Assembly: GCA_023150845.1 (NCBI GenBank)
Contig: JAKLKD010000013.1
Location: forward strand, 3,896 to 67,895
Source: Myxococcota bacterium
GTDB lineage: Bacteria > Myxococcota_A > UBA796 > CAJQPC01
Direction: 5' to 3'
Length of the DNA stretch: 64,000 nucleotides
Below the pieces are notes generated by a model, which did not search any database, had not been told where the DNA came from, and worked only from the letters and a program-made list of their open reading frames with translations. A program made the translations under genes and the position numbers. Shown here one piece after another: positions 37,220 to 45,065 of this stretch (its first letter is position 1; each line of letters starts with the position of its first letter).

Positions 37220-38560
37220 TCAACCCCCCTCACACACCGAGCGCGTCACCTCCAGGGCGTCGATGAGGTGGGAGTTCGTCAGCGCCCCGGTGCTCGCCGA
37301 GAAGCCCACATAAGCCGGGAAGGCCGTGATGCCCGACACGGTGCCGTTGATGTAGTTGACGCCGTCCACGTCTACGACGACGGTGGTGCCCGAGACGCTC
37401 ACCGACATCTCGTGCCACTTGCCGTCCTCCATCTCGGGCAAGGTCGCCCAGAGGATGGGGTTGTAGACGTCACCGTCGAGGTGGAAGGAGACGTGGTCCA
37501 CGGGCGTGGGGTCGTTGTACTCGCCGTTGTAGTAGGTGTCGATCTCGACGCTCCAGCCGGGGAGGCCCTTGTAGCCGAGGCCGCCGCCGAGCTCGCCGAC
37601 GAAGCCGGTCATGCGGGAGGAGTCGAGCGCGGTCAAGGAGAGGCCGTCGGCGCCGCTGCCGCCGCTGGCGAAGAAGCTGAACTGGATGACGACGTTGTCG
37701 CCGCTCGCGGTGCTCGCCGTCTGGAAGGCCGTGCCGGACTGGCTGGTGAGGGGCTTGGTGAGCTCAACCCAGCTGTTGGTGCTGTCGTAGCTGGCGTTGC
37801 CCGCGAAGTACCAGGTCGCGAGGTCCAAGGAGTCGGCGGTGTAGCCCGCGTCTTGGCAGAAGCTGACCTGCACCTCGCTTGAGGCGCCGCAGGAGTCGGT
37901 GCCGGTCAAGGTGACGAGGTGGGTGCCGCTCAGCCGCGCCGCGGCGTCCCACTCGTAGCGGACGAGGCCGGAGCTGCTCGCCGGGTCGGTGGAGAGCACC
38001 CCCTCCACGTCGCTCGTCCAGGTGATGCCGATGGACTCCGGGGCGTCGCGGTCGTCCTCTAAGGTGGCCACGAGCTCGGTCACCACGCTCACCGGGAGCA
38101 CGTCGCCGTCGCCCGGCGCCAAGAAGGTGAGCACCGGCGGGGCGTTCGCGTCCGACGCCAGGGGCACGGTGAGGGTCGGGGCGCTGGGGTCGTCGCTCTC
38201 GATGGTCAGGGCGCCCGAGCCCGGGCCGCCGGTCACGGTGAGGGTGTGCTGCTCGCCTTGGTTGAGCACCAGGGGCAGGCTCGGCGGGGTGAAGGTCCAG
38301 GCGCCGCTGGGCGTGAGCGCGGTGATCGTCAAGGCGCCCTCCCCGGCGTTGGTCAGGGTGACCTCGACGGACTCTTCGCCGCAGACCGGGCCCAAGGCGA
38401 CGGCGGTGGGGCTCACCTGGAGCTCGGGCGTCTGGATCGGCGGATCGACGACAGGGTCGGAGTCCTCGACGGCGCCGTTGTCGTCCTTCTCGACGAGCTC
38501 GTAGTCAGTGCAGGAGGCGAGGGCGATGACGGCGATCAGGGCCAGAGAGGGCGTGCGCAT
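37220..38560 (-). CDS. lipoprotein with Ig-like N-terminal domains and a C-terminal legume-lectin-like (ConA-like) domain
   Basis: The lipobox is VIALASC. The C-terminal part reads ...SQSGTAFQT......V.IQFSF.....GADGLS...LD......GGGLGY.GLPGWSVEIDTY.N....DP...HVS... Confidence 0.6.
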   Translation of the reverse strand: MRTPSLALIAVIALASCTDYELVEKDDNGAVEDSDPVVDPPIQTPELQVSPTAVALGPVCGEESVEVTLTNAGEGALTITALTPSGAWTFTPPSLPLVLNQGEQHTLTVTGGPGSGALTIESDDPSAPTLTVPLASDANAPPVLTFLAPGDGDVLPVSVVTELVATLEDDRDAPESIGITWTSDVEGVLSTDPASSSGLVRYEWDAAARLSGTHLVTLTGTDSCGASSEVQVSFCQDAGYTADSLDLATWYFAGNASYDSTNSWVELTKPLTSQSGTAFQTASTASGDNVVIQFSFFASGGSGADGLSLTALDSSRMTGFVGELGGGLGYKGLPGWSVEIDTYYNGEYNDPTPVDHVSFHLDGDVYNPILWATLPEMEDGKWHEMSVSVSGTTVVVDVDGVNYINGTVSGITAFPAYVGFSASTGALTNSHLIDALEVTRSVCEGG

Positions 38561-38614
38561 GGCGCCAGTGTGCCACCTGCGCGGCGTGGCGGCTCAAAAA
38601 AAACGCCCAGCGGA

Positions 38615-39400
38615 TCAGCCGACGATGGACTCGCCGCCGTCGATCTGCAGGACGTTGCCCGTGAGCCAGTAGAGCCCCGGCCGCGCCAGCTCGACCAAGG
38701 CCGCGGCGACGTCTTCAGGGGTGGTGAGCCGCCCGTGGGGGTTGCCCGCCAGGGCGCGCTCGATGAGGCGCTCGTGGCCGGGGATGCGCCGCAGGGCCGG
38801 GGTGTCGGTGACCCCGGCGAGGATCGCGTTGGCGGTGACGCCGACAGGGGCGAGCTCGACGGCGAGCTGCCGGACGTGGCTCTCTAAGGCCGCCTTCGCC
38901 GCGCTCACCGCGCCGTAAGACGGCAAGACCGAGCGGCTGCCCGCCGAGGTCATCGCGAAGATGCGCCCGCCGCGCCCCATGAGGCCCCGCTGCACGAGGC
39001 CGCGGGACCACCACACGAGGCTGTGCGCCATCACCTCCATCGTCATCTGGAGCTGGTTCTGGCGGAGCTGGCGCTCGGGGGGCCAGGCCAAGGGCTGCAG
39101 GGTGCCGAAGGCCAAGGAGTGTAAGAGCAGCTCCACCTGGCCACCTTCGGCCTGGAGGAGCGCGGCCAGCTCGTCGAGGGTGGCGTTGAGGGCCTCCTCG
39201 TCGGCGGCGTTGCGGTTCACGAGCACACAGCGCCGACCAGCGGCCTCGACGTCGCGGGCGACCGCTTCAGCGAGGGGGAGGGTCGCGCGGCGGTCGAGGT
39301 GGACGCCGACCACGTCGTAGCCCGCCTGGGCCAAGGCGCGGCAGGCCGCCGCGCCGAAGCCCGAGGAGGCGCCGAGGATGAGCGCCCACCTGCGGCTCAT
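38615..39400 (-). CDS. SDR-family oxidoreductase (enoyl-ACP-reductase-like)
   Basis: It has an ILGASSGFG Rossmann motif and a YGAVSAAK catalytic YxxxK motif. Confidence 0.75.
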   Translation of the reverse strand: MSRRWALILGASSGFGAAACRALAQAGYDVVGVHLDRRATLPLAEAVARDVEAAGRRCVLVNRNAADEEALNATLDELAALLQAEGGQVELLLHSLAFGTLQPLAWPPERQLRQNQLQMTMEVMAHSLVWWSRGLVQRGLMGRGGRIFAMTSAGSRSVLPSYGAVSAAKAALESHVRQLAVELAPVGVTANAILAGVTDTPALRRIPGHERLIERALAGNPHGRLTTPEDVAAALVELARPGLYWLTGNVLQIDGGESIVG

Positions 39401-39401
39401 C

Positions 39402-40289
39402 TCAGTGGGCCGGGGTCGTCGGGGCCGCGGGAGCCGCGGGAGCCGCCGGGGCCGCCGCGCCGTCCGCCGCCGGGGTCACCGTCGCGCCAGCCGGGGCCTT
39501 GGACTTCTCGACAATCTCTTTGACGTAAGCCTCGGCGATCTCGGACTGCATCTTGCCCTTGATCTGGTCCTTGGTCTCCTCGAAGGGGACGACCTCACGC
39601 TTGTCCATCACCTTGAAGACGTGCCAGCCCGAGGGCGACTGGATGGGGTCGAGCACGGCGCCCTTCTCGGCGGCGTAGAGCGGCTGAGAGAGGGTGGGGG
39701 GCAGCTCACGCTTGCCGAGCCAGCCGATGACGCCGCCGGTGGGGGCGGTCTTGGTGTCCTGGGACTTCGCGGCGGCGACGGCGCCGAAGTCAGCCCCGCC
39801 GTCGAGCTCGGCCTTCACGGCCTTGGCCTCCTCCTCGGTCTTGAGGAGGATGTGGGCGGCCTGGACCTGCTCGTTGCGGAACTGGACGAGGTGCTCGTCG
39901 TACCACTTCTTCATGGCCTCGTCCGTCGTGCGGGCCTCGACCTCGGTGCGGACGAGGTGGTTCACGAGCACGGTGCGCTCGGCCATGAGGAGCTGGGTCT
40001 GGACCTTGGCGTCCTTGTGGAGGTTCTTGGCGAGGGCCTCCTGGTAGAGCGCGTCGGTGGTGATCAGCTCCTCCTTGACGCGATCGATCTGCCCGGCCTC
40101 TTCGAGCTGCTTGCGGGTGGCCTCGGGGATGGTGCCGAGCAGGGCGTCGAGCATGCCCTGGGTCACGGGCTTGCCGTTGACGGTCTCCAAGGGGGCGCCA
40201 TCGCGGGGCATGTCGCCGGGGATACGCTCGGGGGCGGCGGGCTGGCAAGCGGCGAAGGTCAGCGCGAGCAGCATGGGGAGGGTGCGCAT
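39402..40289 (-). CDS. parvulin-type peptidyl-prolyl cis-trans isomerase lipoprotein (SurA/PrsA-like)
   Basis: The lipobox is LTFAAC. The parvulin block reads VQAAHILLKTEEEA...GG.IGW......P.L.......KG....PI.S..GWHVFKV. Confidence 0.8.
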   Translation of the reverse strand: MRTLPMLLALTFAACQPAAPERIPGDMPRDGAPLETVNGKPVTQGMLDALLGTIPEATRKQLEEAGQIDRVKEELITTDALYQEALAKNLHKDAKVQTQLLMAERTVLVNHLVRTEVEARTTDEAMKKWYDEHLVQFRNEQVQAAHILLKTEEEAKAVKAELDGGADFGAVAAAKSQDTKTAPTGGVIGWLGKRELPPTLSQPLYAAEKGAVLDPIQSPSGWHVFKVMDKREVVPFEETKDQIKGKMQSEIAEAYVKEIVEKSKAPAGATVTPAADGAAAPAAPAAPAAPTTPAH

Positions 40290-40504
40290 GGGATTCTCTC
40301 GGACAGGGTTCGCGGCGCTGGATCGCGCGAGGGAAGGGGCGGACCCGAGGTCCCACGCACCCTATCCACCTCCCCCGTCAGGATCAAATTGTTGGGGGGA
40401 GGATCTCGAAGGGGATCTCCTCGACGACGGGGGGCAGACGCCGACCCGGAGGGCGGGCCCCGGGTCATCGGGAGAAACGGCGATTGGTGGTAAACTAAGG
40501 GGCG

Positions 40505-42157
40505 ATGACAACCGAACTTGACGCCTTTGGCCCTGGTCTTCCCCTAGAACCCGAGCGACCGCTGCCGCCGCTGCTCACCCGCGTCGGCCTCGTGCCGGGG
40601 GACCTGCGCGGCCGTCGGGCGCTGATCACCGGGGGCGCCCGCGGGATCGGCGCGGCGACGGCGGAGGCCCTGGCGGCCTTGGGCGCGCAGCTCGTCGTCT
40701 TCGATCGCCTGCCGGTGGACGAGCTCGCCGGGAGGGTCACCGAGGCGGGCGGGCACCTCCGCGGGGTCAACGTGGATCTCGCCGATCCCGAGGCGACCCT
40801 CGCCGCGACGACGCGTGTGCTCGCCGAGGAGGGTGAGTTTGACCTCTTCGTGCACAGCCCGGCCTTCGTGGGGCTCGGCCCGGTCACGCACCTCGCCTTG
40901 GCGGACTGGCGGCGCTCGTTCACGACGAACCTCGACTCGGCCTTCGTGATCACCCAGGCGCTGCTGCCGCGGATGTTGGCCGCGGGCCGCGGGGCGATCA
41001 CCTACCTGCTCTCGGCGGAGGGCACGCCGCTCAACTCGGGCTATGGCGCGAGCAAGGCGGCGTTACGGTCCCTGCTCCAGTCCTTGAGCGCGGAGCTGGG
41101 GCCCCAGTCGCCGGTCCACATCTTCGGCTTCGCGCCGGGCGTCGTCGACACGCCCCTCGTGCGGGAGCTGGTGCCGCGGCTCGCGGCGATGGTCGGCGCC
41201 CCGGTCGAGGCCATCCTCACGCAGATCGCGCAGAACCCGGGCTACCCGGGCCTCGTGCCCGTAGAGCATGTGGGCGCCGCCCTCGCCGCGCACCTCGTGC
41301 ACGCCCATGAGCTGCACGGTCAGGTCGCGGACTCCTTCTCCGTGCTCCGCCGGTTTGGGGTCGCGCCCTTGCCCGCGGCCCCCCTCGCCCCGGCGCCGCC
41401 CAGCGTGGTGATGCCCGAGGCCGAGAGCGACCGGGTGGTGGCGCAGATGATGAGTGAGCTGCGCACGGTCACCGACACCAACCAGAACCTTGAGCTGCGC
41501 ATCGAGCGCCGCACCCAAGAGCTCGCCCAGGAGCGGGCCCGCAGCGAGGCGCTCCTCCACGCGCTCTTGCCCCAGCCCATCGTGCCGCGGCTGCGGGAAG
41601 GGGAGGTCATCGCGGATCTGCTCCCCGAGGCCAGCGTGCTCTTCGCGGACATGCGCGGCTTCACGCCCCTGGCCGCGCGGCTCTCGCCGAGGGTCCTGCT
41701 CACGACGCTCACCCAGCTCTTTGGCGCCTTCGACGCCTTGGCCGACGAGCACCACGTCGAGAAGATCAAGACCATCGGCGACTGCTACATGGCGGCCACG
41801 GGCCTCTTCGCGGGTCGGGAGCGGCCGGTGGATGACCTCCTGCGCTTCGCTTTGGCCATTCAGCGGGCGCTCGCGGCGGTGCCGTACCCCGAGGAGGGCG
41901 GGCGTTGGGCCCTGCGTGTGGGCGTACACACCGGCCCCGCCGTCGCCGGGGTCATCGGCAACCGCCGCACGCTCTACGACCTCTGGGGCGACACGGTGAA
42001 CATCGCCAGCCGCATGGAGTCCCACGGCCTGCCCGATCGGGTGCAGGTGACCGACGCGGTGAAGGCCGCGGCCTCCCCCAGCTTTCAGTGGGAGGAGCGC
42101 CCCGGCGTCGTGGTCAAGGGCCTCGGCGAGATGCGGACCTGGTTATTGGTTGGTTGA
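40505..42157 (+). CDS. fusion protein: N-terminal SDR domain plus C-terminal class III adenylate/guanylate cyclase
   Basis: The SDR part reads RRALITGGARGIGAATAEAL...YGASKAAL. The cyclase part reads VLFADMRGFTPLAARL...VEKIKTIGDCYMAATGL...LRVGVHTGPAVAGVIG.RR..YDLWGDTVN.ASRMES. Confidence 0.8.
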   Translation: MTTELDAFGPGLPLEPERPLPPLLTRVGLVPGDLRGRRALITGGARGIGAATAEALAALGAQLVVFDRLPVDELAGRVTEAGGHLRGVNVDLADPEATLAATTRVLAEEGEFDLFVHSPAFVGLGPVTHLALADWRRSFTTNLDSAFVITQALLPRMLAAGRGAITYLLSAEGTPLNSGYGASKAALRSLLQSLSAELGPQSPVHIFGFAPGVVDTPLVRELVPRLAAMVGAPVEAILTQIAQNPGYPGLVPVEHVGAALAAHLVHAHELHGQVADSFSVLRRFGVAPLPAAPLAPAPPSVVMPEAESDRVVAQMMSELRTVTDTNQNLELRIERRTQELAQERARSEALLHALLPQPIVPRLREGEVIADLLPEASVLFADMRGFTPLAARLSPRVLLTTLTQLFGAFDALADEHHVEKIKTIGDCYMAATGLFAGRERPVDDLLRFALAIQRALAAVPYPEEGGRWALRVGVHTGPAVAGVIGNRRTLYDLWGDTVNIASRMESHGLPDRVQVTDAVKAAASPSFQWEERPGVVVKGLGEMRTWLLVG

Positions 42158-42166
42158 CCAACTAAC

Positions 42167-43141
42167 TCACCTCCTTGCCGCCCACATCGCCCCCGGGCGG
42201 CCCCGCGCCGCCGGGTTGAGGAGCAGCTCGGCGATGGCGCCGGAGGCGTCGAGGCCGATCTCGTCGAGCCAGAAGCACTCGCCGACGGGGTTCAGCTCCA
42301 AGAACACCCACTCGCCGTCCTCGGTGACGATGAAGTCGTAGGCGGCGTACTGCAGGCCGTAGGCGTCCGCCATCTTCACGCAGCTCTGCACGATGGCCTC
42401 GGGGGGCTCCAGCACCTTCCAGTCTTGGTCAAAGGTGCGGCGGAAGTCGGGCTTGTCCTTGGTGATCACCGCGTCGAGCGCTACGGGGATCACCCGGTCG
42501 CCGATGAGGGTCACCCGGGCCTCCCAGCGCCGCCCGATCACCTCGCCCTGGAAGATCATCGGGCAGGTGTCCAAGGTGTCGATGGCCTCGATGTCGTCTT
42601 GGGAGAGCCGGTTGGCGAACACCGCGCCGTCCGGGGCCGAGGCCGGGGTGAAGGGCTTGGCGATGACGGCGCCGGGCTGGGACTGGATGAAGGCCCGGGC
42701 CTCCTCGGGGTCGTTGCCGAGCCAGGTGGGCCGCAGGGTGAAGCCGAAGCCGGGGGCGTCGCGGAGCTGCCGGGGCTTGTTCGCCGCGACCCGGGCCACG
42801 AAGTTGTCATCGACGTGAGGCACATGCAGGGCGGCGAGCCAGTCCATCACCGCGCGCTCACACTCGGCGAGCATGAACCGGCGGGTGAGCTCGGGGAGGT
42901 CCTCGGGGATGGCCCGGGGGAGGTCGGGGCGGCGACCCCAGACCGCGCTGAGCTCGTCCTCACGCCACAGCCGCCCGTCGATGCGGATCGTCGCCCCCGC
43001 CGCGCCGAGGCCGAGCTGGAAGGCCTCGGGGTAACGGTCGAGGTTCAGGGTGAGGGGCGTGCCGCCGCGGGCGGTGATGGCGCGGGCGACCCAAGCGGTC
43101 CAGGGGTCCGTCGTGTTGCTGATGAGGAGGGCTGCGGGCAT
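42167..43141 (-). CDS. microviridin-type ATP-grasp ligase (graspetide maturase), precursor-adjacent copy
   Basis: The 324-aa product has the blocks LNLDRYP, SAVWGRR, NKPRQL, CPMIFQGEV, ARVTLIGDRV, GLQYAAYDFIVTEDGEWVFLELNPVGE.FW. I chose the start at Met 43141. It is transcribed divergently from the precursor genes. Confidence 0.8.
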   Translation of the reverse strand: MPAALLISNTTDPWTAWVARAITARGGTPLTLNLDRYPEAFQLGLGAAGATIRIDGRLWREDELSAVWGRRPDLPRAIPEDLPELTRRFMLAECERAVMDWLAALHVPHVDDNFVARVAANKPRQLRDAPGFGFTLRPTWLGNDPEEARAFIQSQPGAVIAKPFTPASAPDGAVFANRLSQDDIEAIDTLDTCPMIFQGEVIGRRWEARVTLIGDRVIPVALDAVITKDKPDFRRTFDQDWKVLEPPEAIVQSCVKMADAYGLQYAAYDFIVTEDGEWVFLELNPVGECFWLDEIGLDASGAIAELLLNPAARGRPGAMWAARR

Positions 43142-43305
43142 CGGCGGCTCCACGGTGGGGGCTCCCCTTATCTCGCGCGGATCCCCGCCGCCGCGCTCGG
43201 CGGTCAGGCGCGGGGCGCTGTGAAGGGTTGGCGCAGGGCGGCCCTTAACAGCCGTCGCCGACGAGGCACGCTCTGGGTGGCCTCCCAAAAACCCAGGAGC
43301 GAACT

Positions 43306-43506
43306 ATGAAACCTCCCACCCGTGTCCCCTTCTTCGCGCGCTTCGTTCAGCAGGCGCCGCCCACACTCTCCACCGAGGTCCGCGCGGGCTGGGGCCTCCC
43401 CGGCCAGAGGTTCGAGACGATGAAGCACCCCTCGGACAGCGACGAGGGTGGTCTCGTCGAGCGTGTGCGTGTGACGCTGAAGCCGACGGGCGACCGCGAC
43501 GAGTGA
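43306..43506 (+). CDS. microviridin-like graspetide precursor peptide, divergent copy (66 aa)
   Basis: The sequence is MKPPTRVPFFARFVQQAPP...ETMKHPSDSDEGG...TLKPTGDRDE. It has the PFFARF leader motif and a TxK.PSDxDE core. An AGGAG RBS is present. Confidence 0.7.
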   Translation: MKPPTRVPFFARFVQQAPPTLSTEVRAGWGLPGQRFETMKHPSDSDEGGLVERVRVTLKPTGDRDE

Positions 43507-43616
43507 CCGGCGCCCGTGAAGGGTTGGCGTAGGGTTCGGGCGAAGAGGCCCCTGGCTAAGCTGACGGGCGAGTCGAGCGCATGAAGCGCCCGATGAACCT
43601 CAGAGAGGCCACCACC

Positions 43617-43811
43617 ATGAGCAAGTCCACCCGCGTCCCGTTCTTCGCCCGCTTCATCGAGACCGAGGCCCCCAAGCTCGACACCGACGTCCGCGCTGGC
43701 GCCGACGGCGGCGGCACGACCTGGCCTCCCCAGACCATGAAGTACCCCTCCGACGCGGATGACACTTACAGCACCTTCAAGGGCGGCACGGATTACGACG
43801 AGAAGTGGTGA
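43617..43811 (+). CDS. microviridin-like graspetide precursor peptide (64 aa)
   Basis: The sequence is MSKSTRVPFFARFIETEAPKLDTDVRAGADGGGTTWPPQTMKYPSDADDTYSTFKGGTDYDEKW. A GAGAGG RBS is present. The start is chosen by homology with copies 3 and 4. Confidence 0.85.
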   Translation: MSKSTRVPFFARFIETEAPKLDTDVRAGADGGGTTWPPQTMKYPSDADDTYSTFKGGTDYDEKW

Positions 43812-43847
43812 TCCCGAGCCGCCTCGTCAGGCGGTGAAGGAGCCCAG

Positions 43848-43876
43848 GCGCCCCCGGTGAGACCCACCGGGGGCGC
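43848..43876 (+). terminator. terminator-like hairpin after precursor copy 2
   Basis: The hairpin is GCGCCCCCGGTG-AGACC-CACCGGGGGCGC, a perfect 12-bp stem, followed by TCGTCTCT. Confidence 0.55.
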
Positions 43877-44008
43877 TCGTCTCTGGGCCCCCGCGGGCTG
43901 CTCCGTGAAGGGTCCGTGAAGGGTCACAGCGCGGGACCGGGCGGCTATCCTGCTCATGTTGAGCGACGCTGACCCGCTTCGTCAGACCCACTCCGAGAGG
44001 CCACCACC

Positions 44009-44203
44009 ATGAGCAAGTCCACCCGCGTCCCGTTCTTCGCCCGTTTCATCGAGACCGAGGCCCCCAAGCTCGACACCGCCGTGCGCGCTGGCGCCGACGG
44101 CGGCGGCACGACCTGGCCCCCCCAGACCATGAAGTACCCCTCCGACGGAGAGGACACCTACGGCACCTTCAAGGGCGGCACCGAGTACGACGAGAAGTGG
44201 TAA
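44009..44203 (+). CDS. microviridin-like graspetide precursor peptide (64 aa)
   Basis: The sequence is MSKSTRVPFFARFIETEAPKLDTAVRAGADGGGTTWPPQTMKYPSDGEDTYGTFKGGTEYDEKW. Confidence 0.85.
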   Translation: MSKSTRVPFFARFIETEAPKLDTAVRAGADGGGTTWPPQTMKYPSDGEDTYGTFKGGTEYDEKW

Positions 44204-44239
44204 GCCCCAGCCGCCTCGTCAGGCGGTGAAGGAGCCCAG

Positions 44240-44268
44240 GCGCCCCCGGTGAGACCCACCGGGGGCGC
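44240..44268 (+). terminator. terminator-like hairpin after precursor copy 3
   Basis: It is the identical 12-bp-stem hairpin seen at 43848. Confidence 0.55.
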
Positions 44269-44401
44269 TCGTCTCTGGGCCCCCCGCGGGCGGCTCCGTG
44301 AAGGGTCCGTGCAGGGTCACAGCGCGGGATCGGGCGGCTACCTTGATGAGCGTTGAGCGGCGTTATCAGCTCAGCATGACTCACAAAACGAGGTCACCAC
44401 C

Positions 44402-44596
44402 ATGAGCAAGTCCACCCGCGTCCCGTTCTTCGCCCGCTTCATCGAGACCGAGGCCCCCAAGCTCGACACCGCCGTGCGCGCTGGCGCCGACGGCGGCGGC
44501 ACGACCTGGCCTCCCCAGACCCTGAAGTACCCCTCGGATGGGGATGACACCTACGGCACCTTCAAGGGCGGCACGGAGTACGACGAGAAGTGGTGA
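44402..44596 (+). CDS. microviridin-like graspetide precursor peptide (64 aa)
   Basis: The sequence is MSKSTRVPFFARFIETEAPKLDTAVRAGADGGGTTWPPQTLKYPSDGDDTYGTFKGGTEYDEKW. Confidence 0.85.
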   Translation: MSKSTRVPFFARFIETEAPKLDTAVRAGADGGGTTWPPQTLKYPSDGDDTYGTFKGGTEYDEKW

Positions 44597-44632
44597 TCCC
44601 GAGCCGCCTCGTCAGGCGGTGAAGGAGCCCAG

Positions 44633-44661
44633 GCGCCCCCGGTGAGACCCACCGGGGGCGC
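44633..44661 (+). terminator. terminator-like hairpin after precursor copy 4
   Basis: It is the identical 12-bp-stem hairpin, followed by TCGTCGTTT. Confidence 0.55.
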
Positions 44662-44668
44662 TCGTCGT

Positions 44669-44965
44669 TTAGGCCGCCGCCTGGCGCTCGGCGACGCCGC
44701 GGTGGATGAGGTAGGCGAGCAGGGCGATGGAGCCCACGAGCCCCGCGCTGATGACGTAGGGCCAGGGGTTGATGCCGCGCTGCCGAGCCTCGGGGACGAT
44801 GTAGGTGAGGCTGATGGTCGCCGAGATCACGAGGTCGAGGAAGACCTGGAGCCCCCAGCCGCTCTGGATCGACTCGACCAGCGCCCAGAGGCCGTGATCG
44901 ACGGTGATGAACACCGAGAAGATCGTGAAGGGGATGAACACCACGAGCGGGACGATGAGTCGCAT
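44669..44965 (-). CDS. small 3-TM membrane protein (DUF2834-like; family uncertain)
   Basis: An AGGAGG RBS precedes the ATG at 44965. The 98-aa product is hydrophobic (MRLIVPLVVFIPFTIFSVFITVDHGLWAL...). Confidence 0.6.
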   Translation of the reverse strand: MRLIVPLVVFIPFTIFSVFITVDHGLWALVESIQSGWGLQVFLDLVISATISLTYIVPEARQRGINPWPYVISAGLVGSIALLAYLIHRGVAERQAAA

Positions 44966-45065
44966 GATGCAGTTACCTCCTGGGCTCTTGTGCCTCGGCG
45001 GACCTGACCTCACCATGACCTCGGAGGTAATGTCGAGCGCGTGGGCCTCGGGGTAGGATCTGGGC

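Noticed and set aside
38561-38576. A TGGCAC lies on the minus strand just upstream of the lectin-like lipoprotein gene.
   Set aside because: It is only 9 nt from the ATG and has no TTGC -12 element at the right spacing, so it cannot be a -24/-12 promoter for this gene.
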